This document shows positions 1 through 12,158 of a stretch of 48,915 nucleotides of DNA, piece after piece. The notes beneath the pieces were generated by a model. It did not search any database. It was not told the DNA's origin and saw only the letters and a program-made list of their open reading frames with translations. Both the position numbers and the translations under genes were made by a program. Positions within the stretch are counted from its first letter, which is position 1. Each line of letters begins with the position of its first letter. Source of the DNA: Lama guanicoe (taxonomy: Eukaryota); assembly GCA_013239625.1 (NCBI GenBank), contig MU054323.1, forward strand, positions 2,542,001-2,590,915, written 5' to 3'.

Positions 1-1023
1 TGTAAGACCTGAATAGCATACTGTATAGAAAGCTTATCCTGAGGGAGTTATTCAGTAAACTGGAGCCAGTAGTATACACATATATATAATATGAATAATA
101 ATAACATACAATAATTCCTTTGGTTGCCATGTTTTGAGGCAACGTGCACTTTGAGACGAGGAAGTGCTGGCCCCAGGAGCAGAGACAGAACTTAGAAAGT
201 GCAACGTGCAGGGAACACCAGTGTCCTCAGCATGGACAGCAGCACTCCCTGCCTCTCCATCTTTATTGCAACTGGATAGGGCTCTAGCAGCCTAGAACCC
301 ACTCCATTCAAGGGCTTTACTTTCTTGCTCCCTAGTTTCCTTTTAAAAAAAAAATGTGTAAGACCAACATTTATCTTCCAGGACTATTTTGTGGATTAAA
401 TAGAATAATGTGTGTAAAAGTTACCCAAATATACGGTGGTGCTATTTTTAATAAAGAGATGGTGTGTGACTAATTGATGGATGAGATGGTACCTGAAGGG
501 GTTGAAAGGGCAGTAAAAAGAGAATAATGTTGAGAGAGATGTCTCTAGAGAGAACGTACTGATAAAACAGATCGAGAAAATGACTGAAATCAAAGAGCTG
601 GAAAAGTATGACTGCGGAAGAGCCGACTACTGGGGTGTGTCCTCAGAATGAGCCCAGCTGCCTGCCTGGAGCTGGGTGCAAGGGAACAGGCGATGGTTTG
701 TGATGGGCACCTCTGCCTCCCTTGAACAGACCAACTGGAAGATACCCACGTGGGCCAGAACCTACACAGGGTATGGGCTGGTGTTGGGAGGCCCCGTTGA
801 GAACTGATGTGAAGGGTGGGAACTCCCTGGTTTTCCCAGACCACGTGCCTGTGGCACCACACAGCCAGAGAGAAAGCTCTCAGTGAGTCCTTCACCTGGC
901 AGATAGATCATCCTTTGGTTCTGTGTTTTGCAGGACAGTTATTTTTGTTTGTTTAAAGATGTAAGTGTACGTTAATCTCTTTGGAGGAGAGAATTAAGAG
1001 AGGTCTAATACTAGGGGGTGTTT

Positions 1024-1446
1024 TGTATTCCTCAGGAGATGGTCAGTCGGCTGTAGCCACAGGAGGGGACACCGGAGAGGCGCAGGAAAACTAGGTTTAT
1101 GGTTACTCGTGGGTCCTAGAGAGGCAGAGTCACTGCACGCTGTGAGGGAGCCACACGGAGGGGACTATCAGGGGAGGGGGCTCAATCAAGCAGGTGGGGG
1201 CTGAGAGAGTGAGGATCTGTGGACAGTGCCTTTATGGGGGGTCAGGGTGGGGAACACCAGCAAAAGGCACGAGGGGATTTCACTGGTGTGTGTGATTACC
1301 ACTACTAGGTCACAACCAGGGGAGGACAAAGAGGGGAACTTCTGGCGGGGACCAGCCTTATCACACTGGCGCACCTAGTCACCAGGGCCTGTTTGCGGGG
1401 ATGTTAAGGCAGCAGGAAAATACAAAGTTGTAACATTTACAGTACA
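1024..1446. mobile_element. Solo LTR, ERVL class (MER74/MER54-like)
   Basis: Begins TGTATTC and ends AGTACA (TG...CA). The internal 'ggtttatggttactcgtgggtcctagagagg...gagccacacgg' resembles my recollection of the MER74/MER54 group. No clear TSD. Confidence 0.5.
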
Positions 1447-1773
1447 AAAAGTTGACTATTTAACCAACACTATGATTCCAGTAGCAAGAGAAGTGTGCAC
1501 ATCCTCCTTCGAAGCATCTAAGTTAAAAGGTGGAAGAGGTGAGCCTGAAAGTAAAAGCTGTTCCCAGGTTAAAATGCAGAGAGGAGAGATTATGGAAAAG
1601 TTGTAGAGAAATTGGAACCAAAGATATCCTTAGGAAATGTTTTTCTCTTACCCCTTTGTTTGGTCTAAGAGGCATCAAGACTTGAGAATTTCTGTATGTG
1701 AATTACAGCAAAGATGTAAGTGACTTAGTTCACAATATGCACGCAATACACATCTGCACGTACCCTCCCCGGC

Positions 1774-1820
1774 ACATACGCATGCACACACACACGCACA
1801 CGCGCACACATCCCACACAC
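1774..1820. repeat. Imperfect (CA/CG)n microsatellite
   Basis: Directly visible alternating purine-pyrimidine tract. Confidence 0.8.
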
Positions 1821-2289
1821 CTGAGCCATTTGTTTACGGATGAATCTCCAAGTGACCGCTACCGCCTTTGGCACAAAAGATGCACTCAATCAATACTCAT
1901 ATAAAACTCATGGAATAAGTTAATGAATAAATGAATGGGAGAAAGAGCAAGAGACAGAGGGAAGGAGGAAGAGCGAGACACACACACACAGAGTGAAAAG
2001 TGTTACTCGCTGGGAGAGTAGAGAACTAGGATTCAGAGGTGCAGGATGACAGCCAAGCTTCCCATTCAATGGGCCTTTAGTTTGGTTCAAGAGGAAACTC
2101 TTTAAATTCTTTGGATAAAGGGCAACGTGTGTATGTGAAAGGAGCAACCTGGAGTCAGCATGGCGTAAAACTAGTAAGTCCAAGCGAAACCAAAGGGCTA
2201 CGGAGCCAAAACGTCTATGTCTTTGTGATCCTTTAGAAATAAAAAACAGCTCTCTTGCAAAACCTGCATGTAACAAATGCACCAAAAAA

Positions 2290-2420
2290 TCTGCCTGTGG
2301 AGCTATGGAATGTTGCATGTGGCTTTTAAGCAAGTCATTTTATGTCCCTGACACAATTTTCCCATCTGTAAAATACAATAAAATCCCCACTCACACTCCT
2401 TACACATATCCTTGAAATGT
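2290..2420 (+). mobile_element. MIR SINE fragment
   Basis: 'gcaagtcattt...ttttcccatctgtaaaat' matches the MIR core. Confidence 0.6.
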
Positions 2421-2709
2421 TGAGAACCACAGGCAGTAGCTCTGAAGAAAACATGCATTGAGGAAAACCTACAGAAAAGTCACTAGGCTGCAGCTGTCCC
2501 ATGTGGGAATAAGGGGCTTTCTAATCATAGACACAGTTCAGATATGCCAGTCAGTGGGCTGAGTCCACCTGCCCTTGGAGGAATGTTTTAATGAGATAAA
2601 TGAAAGCATTACTAGCTCATCATTAAATCAGGGGCCCCACTAATTAACCCTACGTGAGCTAAATGCCCATTATTGAGGGGAGTGGAAAAATGTAGCTCGT
2701 TGGAAAAGT

Positions 2710-2800
2710 CTGTGACTGTGAGTCAGAAGACTTGGGTTTAAGTCCAAATTGTGCCCCTGAGAAGTTGTATAATTCTGGTTAAGTTAGTTAATCTCGCTTC
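2710..2800 (+). mobile_element. MIR SINE fragment (5' part)
   Basis: 'gagtcagaagacttgggtttaagtcc...aagttagttaatctc'. Confidence 0.6.
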
Positions 2801-3784
2801 CCAATTAATCGGGCAAGTCTAGTGCCTGACACATACTGGGCCGTTAATGAATAAGAGAATGAAGGGTATTGTGCAGATCAAGCAAGATGGTATCTATTCT
2901 CTGTAACACTTAAAGCATGACACGAATGTCTGATGACTATTGTTACCAATAGCTGACAACCTATAACTCAATCTGTATCCTTGAAGATGGATTGTTTTAA
3001 TAGGGACACGTGGGCAGAGGTTAAACTGTCAACGTGGGGTACAAGTTGGATTTCCTTTTACGCAGATTTGCTTGGATAGGAGCCCTGGCAATTGAAGCCA
3101 AAGAGGCAACTGCCTGGATTCCTTCTGTTATATATATATGCCTGTGTCTGTGTGAGGAATGAATGTGATGTGGAGTTATCCATAGGACGGTAATGGTAGC
3201 ACAACTTCTCATATATTCAAGTACATTAAAAAATGAAATTTCTTTTTATTGCCTGCTGAGTTTTAACTTTCCCCCCAACCAACTCACTTGAGCCAAAAGA
3301 AAGGCAAGCATTTTCCACCTTGCTGCTTAATTGGCAGTCCCACATCAGCCTCTTGCAACCTTTCAGAAGTTTGGCCACGATGACTTGCCTTTTTCACGCC
3401 AAGCAGCATTAGCGCTCTGTTAACACCAGGCAGTGGCACAAGCAAAGAGTCTCCTTGTGGCTCCAGTGTGACATCATTTAGCTGACATCTGAGCAAAGAA
3501 AATACCAAAGAAGTCTGGACAGTTTCTTTACGAGCAAACAGGAAGCAAAGAGAAAGAGCTATGGTGTGGTCTAGTTTTAAGAAGTTGGTGAGTCGCTGTG
3601 GATGCCTCACTGATAGAACTTGCAGGGGCAATAAGGATGTACACAAGTTTAAATATCAACAGAACAAGTCTGGGAGGGGGCGTGTGGTGTTGGTTGATGG
3701 GGAGAAGATAAAGCCTGCGACCTAATGTATCACCCCTCCAACCCCTTCCACTCCCCACTTCAGTCAGCCTCTCCTCACTGAAGA

Positions 3785-3999
3785 CAGAGCTTTGCCACCT
3801 CGGCACCAGTGGCATTTGGGGCTGGGAAATCCTTTGCTGTGGGAAGTTGTCCTGGGCACTGTAAGATGCTTAGCAACATCCCTGGTCTCAGCCCACTGGA
3901 TGCCAGTAGCACCCTCTCTAGCCAGTTATAATAACTAAAAATATCTTCAGAGTTCAACAAGTGCCCCCTTGGGGACACCATCACCCTAGTTCTTAACTG
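3785..3999. mobile_element. MER20 non-autonomous hAT-Charlie DNA transposon, near full length
   Basis: Diagnostic 'gtaagatgcttagcaacatccctggtctcagcccactggatgccagtagcacc', ~215 bp long, with degenerate CAG...CTG termini. Confidence 0.9.
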
Positions 4000-6029
4000 G
4001 GTGACTTCAGCAATGATCCCTTCTGAAGGAATTGTCAGTATGCAATGGAGACTGTCTAATAATGATGGACTCTCAGGCATTCACCAGCTTAATTGTCTTC
4101 TTGGCGACCTGAAGTCGCTTAAAGAAGGCAGCCCCCTCCTGAGGTTAAGGTAGCCCATAACATCATTGGATGGTTTATCAGAATTATATGATTGAGACCT
4201 ATAATAAACCAATCACAAGTTTTTGGCCCAAAGCAGTAGCAGTTTCAGGTGTAAAACCTCCTATTCATTGGACTTCTGGGCCAGTGCACTCCCTTAAGAC
4301 CCTAGAATGACTCTCAGTGAGGCAGAAGGGATGCTCTTCGTTCCTCAAATGATGTATTTTCAAGCTCAGAATATGCAGCTATAAAACCCAGCACTTGGGA
4401 GCCAGTATCTGCATGCAGAGTCTCACACAATTTACAGCCCTAACCAGAAGGTGATGTCATCAACCGAGGCACATATTCCACACCTCGTTTTCCCGTGCTA
4501 GGATTTACACTTTCTTGGAGAATGTTGAGTTGGCAAAGAGTCTCGAAAGTGAGCAACAAAGACCCAGGGCAGGCACAAACTATTCTTTAAGAGTAAAGCC
4601 CTATTCCTGTGTGGTTTGTGATCAGCCAAAATGTGAATGCTTCAGCACATTTTGTGCAGTGTAAAATCATTCACCATGGTCCGAGCGAGGGTTGCTTTAA
4701 ATAGAATGAGGAGGAAAAGAATTACTATTGCAGTAAGGAACTGCCTAATGAGCGTTAGCTTGTGGCAAAGTCCTTTCAGGGATCTGGCCAACTCAGGCAA
4801 CCGACTGAAACTCAATCTCAGGTCTACCGATTGGGTTGGATGACTCCAACTGCAGCAGACAAGTTGAGGTGAGCAGAGATTCTGAGACCAGAAATTCTTG
4901 TGAAGTTAAGTCAAAGATTCTACCCTCTCTTCCCTCTGGAAAAAAAAAAGAAAAATTGTCTGCTAATGTGAATGAAAAGGACTTTACCACAAATGTTTAA
5001 GGAGAATTAAATTTATATATTTGGCCAGTTTATTTGTGTTAATAGAACATTTATAACCCATCCATTCGGACTTTTAAATTTCCAAGTCTATTACATTTGT
5101 TTAGCAAATCCCCTGATATTCATATTGGTTCCACTGCTACTGATGAAATTTAAAATGTTGAATGATGTGTCCTAAATCTTCAGAGGTTATTAAATTCCAA
5201 TATGGATTTAATTTTTTTAACTCAACCACAACAGTACACATCAACTTATTAATATCAGTAAAGACTGATTTTTTTCCTCACTTCGAGAACAGCTCATAGA
5301 ACCACAAAGCAAGCTTTAAACTGGCGCTCAGCAACTGCAAAGGCACATTGCTCTTCTGGGAAAGTGATCCTCTTGCTAAAAAAATAAAAAAATTAACTCA
5401 TGGTACAATTTTGCAAATCTGTGGCTTTGGGATCAGTGCCTCTGCAACCTAGTTAGAGGCAACGCATTCTTTCTTGGCCGTGGGAGCTGCATATTAATCA
5501 TACAGAGTGGAGTTTAGGCAAGACCCAAACATGATGCCAAAGCCCAACACTTCTTACCAAGAAGGAGAGAAGTACCTCATGGAAGACGTAGCATCATATG
5601 ATATTGCTTGAATGAAAAAAATTAAGTGTTATGTCTGAGAGGAAATGGGCAGTTACTAAGTCAAGTCCCCGAGGCAAGGCCATCAGACAGCCCCGCGTGT
5701 TCCCAGCTCACAGCATTGTGCTTCCGGCCCCTCCCCTCTTCTCTCAGAGCCTTCATCAACACAAGTGGAGGAAGGTTGGGTCCATAAAACTCCCTCTCAA
5801 AATTTCAACAAGTCATGTGTTTAGAGCATTTTTCTCTTTTAAAGTGTAATAACCAGAGTCATGAATTCTTAACTGGCTTGTGGGTGAGACAGCCTGATCA
5901 ACTTTGCTCAGAGCCTCTCAAATTTTCTTTGTTGTCCAAACACACCCTCCACCCTTGTTCACTGCTATGCCATTAATATACTTTTATCTCCATTAATAAT
6001 CTCCTTCCATCATAATTCCTTGAGGGGTC

Positions 6030-6310
6030 CCTGTCAGGACTGGAATCAAGCATCAGCTCTTCCAGGAACCCATCCACAGCATCCGGGACAGAGATAGTGG
6101 TTGGTTCTTCTCTGCCCTTGCTCCACCACATTGGACACATCTCAGGGACGATGCCTCCTGTGTTGTGCTGTGACTGCCTGTGGACATTTCTGTCTTCTCC
6201 TTTGCTCTGTAACCTCTTCCAGGGTAGCACTGCATCTTGCTCACCACTGTCTGCAGGGCCAGGAACAGTCTATACATTTCTGATCAAAGGACGAATGAAT
6301 GAGTGACAAA
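6030..6310 (+). mobile_element. L2 LINE 3' end
   Basis: 'ttgctcaccactgtctgcagggccaggaacagt...gaatgaatgagtga', a typical L2 terminus with (TGAA)n-like tail. Confidence 0.6.
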
Positions 6311-8164
6311 TGAATGGGCGTAAGAATCTCACTGACTACTTTCTGTCTGAAGCTGACAGGAATTTCAGGAACATTCATAAGATTTTTCTACTTGTTAGCT
6401 CAGAGGGAAATGGAAGACATGTGGCTTTCCTTGTCTTGTGGAATAAGGAACATAATAAGGAGAAGGAGCTCTGTCAGGTAGGAAATGGGATATCTTGGAG
6501 CTGGTCTTTGTGTTCCCACTCCTTCAATGATAGTTCAACTCTTTTATTTTCCTAGTTTTAATAAGTTATTATTTTTGGTAACTTTCCAGGAAAATTTGGA
6601 CTCAAATATCAGATATCAGAAATTATCTAACTAGGGAGACCAGGCAAATATCCTCAGAAGGTCACAAAACAATGCAAGGCAAATGCTGGACATTGTGACT
6701 CTTGGTTTAAAGTCATCTTTAGAAATGATCCTTGAAACACATTATTGTTCTGATCATTTTATAGGTGTCATGGGAGCAGTACTAATTAAGCTACAGCACT
6801 CTCTTTTTGAGGGGATCTCAGGAAGATGATTTTGCATCAGACATGCATTAGATTTGGTTTTTCTTGAAGACATAGTATATCACATAATCGTCAGCTTTTT
6901 CTCTGCCATTGGCTCCTCGCAGGTTTAGAATCCAACAAGAAGTGCATCTCTAGCAAGTGTTTTGACTTACAAGTTACACTTCTGTGTTGGTCTCATTCCT
7001 GCCCAAAGTTATCTTTCTACCCTGGTATTTCTTTTTGCTTCTTTACCTACTTGTAATAGATGCTATCTGGCTAGTTTATGGCATGTTTAGAAACTGCCAT
7101 ACATTTTTTGATGTAGCAGAAATATTAAATATTTATATTAAAAAGGCGATAATCAAAATATTTAAAAACTAGTATGGCAAGGTCGTTGATAAGTCAGACA
7201 GGTGCTATTCATTAACAACAAAAACGTCAAACTGGTGCAAGCAGGCAGAACACCACCTTGGCTAATAAATTCAACAGCATCGTCTCAGAGAAGAGACAGC
7301 ACTTGACTGTGATTCAGGAGACCAAGAAAAGCAGCATCAGTGAGCATGAAAAGTACTGAAATAAAAGCCAAAAAAGACCCGAGTTGGGAAGCTCACTTTT
7401 GCCTCTCATTCATTCTCTGAGTTTCAGATTTCTCCTATTCAAAAGAGTAAAAGAATACTTGCCTATTTCACAAGACTGGTAGAAAAAAAAGGAGGTATAT
7501 GATTTTTCAGCAAAAAAAAAAAAAATTACCTTAATGTATTGAGGTGGAAATGCCGCACCCCTTATAATTATTTGGGCCTTTCAGTGAATTTTTTCAGTGA
7601 GTCACATCATTTTCTTCCAGTTTTGTTTCATAGCAGGGAAATACGGTCACATCTTCTAAATGTCTCTACCTTGGTCTCCTTGGATAATCTCGCAGATTGC
7701 TACTGAAATTGGTGAGTTCCTCCGTGGAGCAAAGCAGATACACAGGGCTACCAGGGGCTACCACCCTGTGCACAGAAGCCTCTCTACAGAGGCCCTGGGA
7801 TTGGGCCACATGGCCACAGGAGCAGCCAGAAAGGAGGGAAGGGTGGGTGAGGCCAAGATTCAAGCCAGGCATTTCAAGTCCAGCCCTTAGCCAGTGAGGT
7901 CATTTTCCATGCATTCTCTGTTTCCACTAGAGTCAATGTCTCATAAATGTTGAACACACAGAATCTGAACCATACGATGAGCCATCCAGGCCGGTACAAT
8001 GGTGCTTGTCATTCTGGCACGGTCATCTAGAGCTGGAATTCTCGTTGAGTCCAAGAATCAAGACTGGCTCGAGATGATACTTGGTCCTCTACATCCAGGA
8101 GCTGTTTGTCCTCAGAGAGATTAGTCTCTAGGGAGGTCACTCTTTCCTATCTCTGGTGATTCAG

Positions 8165-8455
8165 ACGATCTGGTTATAGTTCCAGTTCTGCCCTGGACTC
8201 TTGTGTGTGCCCCTGGGCTTCAGTTTCCTGACACAAGGGCTGGAAATAACAGGACTACCTATAGGGGGAGGGTACAGCTCAGCGGCAGAGGGTGTGTTTA
8301 GCATGCATGAGGTACTGGGTTCAATCCCCACTACCTCCGTTAAAAAATTAATTAAAATTTTAAAGACCACTAAAAAAAAAAAGACTACCTAGCTTATGGT
8401 GGTAGCAAAGGTTTAATGAGAGCATTCACTAAAGCACCCAGCTACTGCTCATAGA
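8165..8455 (+). mobile_element. MIR SINE interrupted by a Vic-1-type SINE
   Basis: MIR core 'ctgggcttcagtttcctg...ataacaggactacct' resumes after the SINE as 'tatggtggtagcaaaggtttaatgag...taaagcac'. Confidence 0.65.
8264..8382 (+). mobile_element. tRNA-derived SINE, camelid Vic-1 type
   Basis: GGGGGAGGGTACAGCTCAGCGGCAGAG head (A box), B box GGTTCAATCCC at 8318-8328, A-rich tail. TSD core GACTACCTA at 8253-8261 and 8383-8391. Confidence 0.9.
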
Positions 8456-8662
8456 AGCTTCTGTAGGTGTAAAGTGTAATTATCATCTATGCCCCCACAT
8501 GACATTAATACAGTTTCAAACTCATTAACATTTCAAGGCTGCTACCGATTGTTCAGGCTTCTTTCCACCTCCTCACAAAAATTCTTTGTTACAGGCCCAC
8601 CTAACACTGATTTTTTCATACCTTCTCTGCTTTAATTGTTCTGTTCCCTCTGCGTGGAATGC

Positions 8663-9550
8663 TGTGATGTGGTGATATTAAAAAGAAATAAGAAATATAC
8701 TTCATTCCCAGTTCCTGGCACAGAGCTTCCAGAACCCTTGGAATTTCCTGAGTGATAAGGGGTGAGAGAAGCTCTTTTGTTATTAATAATAAGTTCTTTT
8801 TAACCATACCTGAGTTTATACAAATGAGGTGATTTTTGGAAAGTCCCTCAAGATGGGGGGCTGGTTTCCAAGGAAACCAACCATGTGATTAGAGGATTGT
8901 ATCTTTCAGCCTCACCCCCCGAAACTTCCTGGAGCAAGGGAGAGGGGCTGGAGACTGGGTTTGATCACCACTGAATGATCAATGACTTAATCAATCATGT
9001 CTATGTAATGAAGCCTCCATAAAAACCCTTAACAACAGGGTTGGGAGAGCTTTTGGGCTGGTGAACACCTCAAGGTGCTGGGATGGTGGTGAGCCCAGAG
9101 GGGGCGTGGAAGCTCTGTGCCCCTTCCTGTCTTGCCCTATGCATCTCTGCCAATTGGCGGTTCCTGAGTTGTATCCTTTTATAATGAACTGGTGATCTAG
9201 TAAGTAAACTGTTTTCCTGAGTTCTATGATCTGTTCTAGTAAGTTATCCAATCAAAGGAGGGGTTGTGGCAACCCCAGATTTACAGTCAGTCCATCAGAA
9301 GTACAAAGTGACAACATGGGACTTGCAATTGGCATCTGAAGTGGGGGGCAGTCTTGTGGGACTGATCCCTCAACCTGTGCAGTCTGCACTAACTCTGGGC
9401 AGAAAGTGGCAGAACTGATTTAAACTGTAGCACACCCACTTGATACCTACCAGGTATTAAAGAATTACATGGTGTGGAAAACCCCACACATCTAGTATCA
9501 GAAGTATTGGTGTGAGTGTAGAGAAAAAATAGTGTTTTTTCTTTTAAATA
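8663..9550 (+). mobile_element. MER21-family solo LTR
   Basis: Start 'tgtgatgtggtgatatt...ttcctggcacagagcttccagaacccttggaatttcctgagtgata' and internal 'aaccaaccatgtgattagagg' and 'ttgcaattggcatctgaagtggggggcagtcttgtgggactga' match MER21. Length ~890 bp. Confidence 0.85.
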
Positions 9551-9689
9551 TCTCTACCAATTTTTACTCCTTATTACACCCTTCAAGTACCAGTTCAAGG
9601 CCATCCCATCAAGGAAGTCTTCTTACATATATTTCTCAGAATGAGAGAGGTGTCCATTCCTCTCTGTCTTGTTTCTTAATGAAAATCAA

Positions 9690-9805
9690 CTCTGTCCCTC
9701 ACCTGGATTGTGAGCTCTTCAAGAATAGGGTCTAAGCTCCTCCATTTTGCAATCTCATAACTTAACAGAAAATTAGTGCTCAGTCACTGGTGAATGAAAC
9801 TGTAG
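9690..9805 (+). mobile_element. L2 LINE 3' end fragment
   Basis: 'ctggattgtgagctcttcaagaataggg...tagtgctcagtcactggtgaatgaa'. Confidence 0.55.
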
Positions 9806-10394
9806 ATAACAAATGAATTTAACACAGTGGGGTACTGCCATTGAGCACAAGCTTATGAGTATCTGCCAACGTGGTATGCCTTCACAGATGCAAGGGAAAA
9901 ATGTCTGATATTCTCAAAGGCTCTTCCACCAGTGAGCTAATCCCTTAGAGCTCCACTAGTCCGTATATCTATGTATGGGTCCAATGCTATGCTGAGCTCC
10001 AGGATTTTAAAACAAATCAGATCTGACCCCTACTCTGCAACAGCCTTCCTCTGGGCAGGTGGTTTTAAACCCCTATTGAGCTCACACGGTGTGCCCATAG
10101 GAGGGCCTTCTCTAAACATCCTGTATGCCTTTGTAGCATGAGTGAAGGACCTCAGACACATTTGGCTGGGGAACTGAGGGAGAAAAGAGGAAAACCAGAG
10201 GACTCTGGGTGTCCGTGGAGGGCAGAGGAAACGACGCATCACCAAGAAGGAAAGGAAGCAGCTAGAGGAGGTCAAGTCAGAGCAAGTCTGCCCAAGACAC
10301 ACCTCTCAAGGAACTGGCCAGCAGTGAAGGCTTATCAGTAATCAGACTCAGTAGGAAAGGGATGTGAAAATAAGCATGCTCTTAAAGAAAGAGC

Positions 10395-10590
10395 CCAACT
10401 TGGCGTTAAACAGACATGGGTTTGAATATCATCTCTCCAATTAGTAGCCATAAAAATGTGGGCAAATCCTCAAAACCTCTGGTCTTTAGTTTTCTCCTCT
10501 GCCTAATAAAGATGGCCTTACAGTATGTTTTGTGACGATTAAGTAGAAAACCAAGTAACCAGCTAGATCACATATGCCTGATAAATGTTG
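10395..10590 (+). mobile_element. MIR SINE
   Basis: 'ttggcgttaaacagacatgggtttgaat...tgggcaaat...aacctctggtctttagttttctc...gttttgtgacgattaa'. Confidence 0.7.
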
Positions 10591-11409
10591 TCACTCTTCT
10601 GCCCTACGGAGGTCCAAAGCAATCCCAGGGTTAGGATGCGCTTCTAATCCAGCTGTCTCTGTAGGGAGGTATTTGTTCAGAACCTGCTTACATACAAATC
10701 AGGAGAACAGGAGCTGCTGGTGAGGTGGAGTCACACTGCATATCTGACTGCAGGCAGGATGTGACTGGGGCTACCTGGGTCTACACCGGGTAAGGCGGCC
10801 TCTTTTGTGAATATGTAACCAGGATACAGAGGAAGCCGTCCTGGGCAGCTGCAGGGGGACTGAAGGGTGAGGCAGTGCCAGCCCCCTAACTCCAGCTCCT
10901 ACCAGTTGGTGGCCACTGCTCTCCCAGGGTCTGGGCTGGCACTGTAGGTAGGCACACAGGATGGGAGACGTGCATGAGGCTCTGCTTCCTTCAAACATGC
11001 AACTTCAAAGTCTCTGAGGATGTCGCTTGGCATGGAAGAGAGTCAGGGGCAAATGGAACTGCGGAATTTTCAGTTATAAAAGGTTCCATTCAGAGCTGTG
11101 GGCCCTGTTGCACAACAAGGGAACAAGGAGATATTTGATGGCACTAAAAGGCTTTGAGCTCAAAACAAAGGGACACAACTTTCTTTACTTTGTCTTCTGA
11201 GCTTTAAGGCCTGTCCTGTGTGATGGTAGGTTATGAAAACAAGCAACAGCTTATCCCACTCGGCCCTAGCCAAAGGCTTGCTTCTGGACAGGGGCAGTGC
11301 CCTCCGACCTGGGTTTCCCCAAAGGCTCAAGCATACGTTTAATCTGGACAGTGAAGGATCTAGATTAAAGACCCAGTCATCCAACATAGGAGTAAGACCT
11401 CTCTGAGAC

Positions 11410-11580
11410 TGATCTCTCTCCCTCTGATCTCCAGTCCATTAACAAATCCCTCATTACTTCCCCCACTGCACCCGTCTCATCCCCACTGAGCTGTCTGTCA
11501 GTTTCCTGCCTGGGTTCTGAACTGACCTGAGAGGTGTCATCACTGAGACTGTGACTGGAAAAATTTCCACAACAGTCCAA
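11410..11580 (+). mobile_element. L2 LINE fragment
   Basis: 'ctccagtccattaacaaatcc...ctcatccccactg' resembles the L2 ORF2 3' region. Confidence 0.4.
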
Positions 11581-11994
11581 AATCATGATGTCATCCTGAA
11601 CTGAACTTACATTTAACAAGTTATTCCAATAGGCTAGATGAGCGAAAGTGTCTTATATACATATCCTGTGATTTATTTCTCAGAGCAAACTTACCTGGAT
11701 AAGGAAACAGAAACTCAGAGAAATTGTCTAAGGTCCAGTACCAGTAAGGGGCAGAGCTGTGGACTTCTGTCCATCACAACATCGTGCTATTCTGTTTCAG
11801 CCCTTCCTGTACACCGCTGGCCTATGCAACACTCTTTTCGTGAGAGGACTCCTGCCCCAGCAGTGATTATGTAGATGGCAGGAACCCTGGTGGATATTGG
11901 TGGATATTTCCAGAATCCCCTGGAGTGCCTTTAAAAGATGTTAGCACAGAGCTTTTGAGAAACTGATTCTAAAAATAATTCAATCATTTACACC

Positions 11995-11996
<2 letters not shown>

Positions 11997-12040
<44 letters not shown>

Positions 12041-12056
12041 TGATTGATTGATTGAT
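11997..12056. repeat. Compound tetranucleotide microsatellite (AGAT)11(TGAT)4
   Basis: Directly visible. Confidence 0.95.
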
Positions 12057-12080
12057 TCTAAAATAATTCAATCATTTACA

Positions 12081-12082
<2 letters not shown>

Positions 12083-12158
<76 letters not shown>
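12083..12158. repeat. Compound microsatellite (TA)n(CA)n
   Basis: Directly visible, with one interruption in the TA tract. Confidence 0.95.

Noticed and set aside
4627..4654. Hairpin CAAAATGTG-N10-CACATTTTG
   Set aside because: The 9-bp stem is too short for a pre-miRNA, and there is no other support.
8264..8340. tRNA-like sequence (also 29020-29090) as a functional tRNA gene
   Set aside because: It has an A-rich tail, TSDs and disrupted stems, so it is a SINE rather than a tRNA gene.
11964..12085. Direct repeats with a spacer as a CRISPR-like array
   Set aside because: There are only two units, the spacer is a microsatellite, the context is eukaryotic and there are no cas genes.
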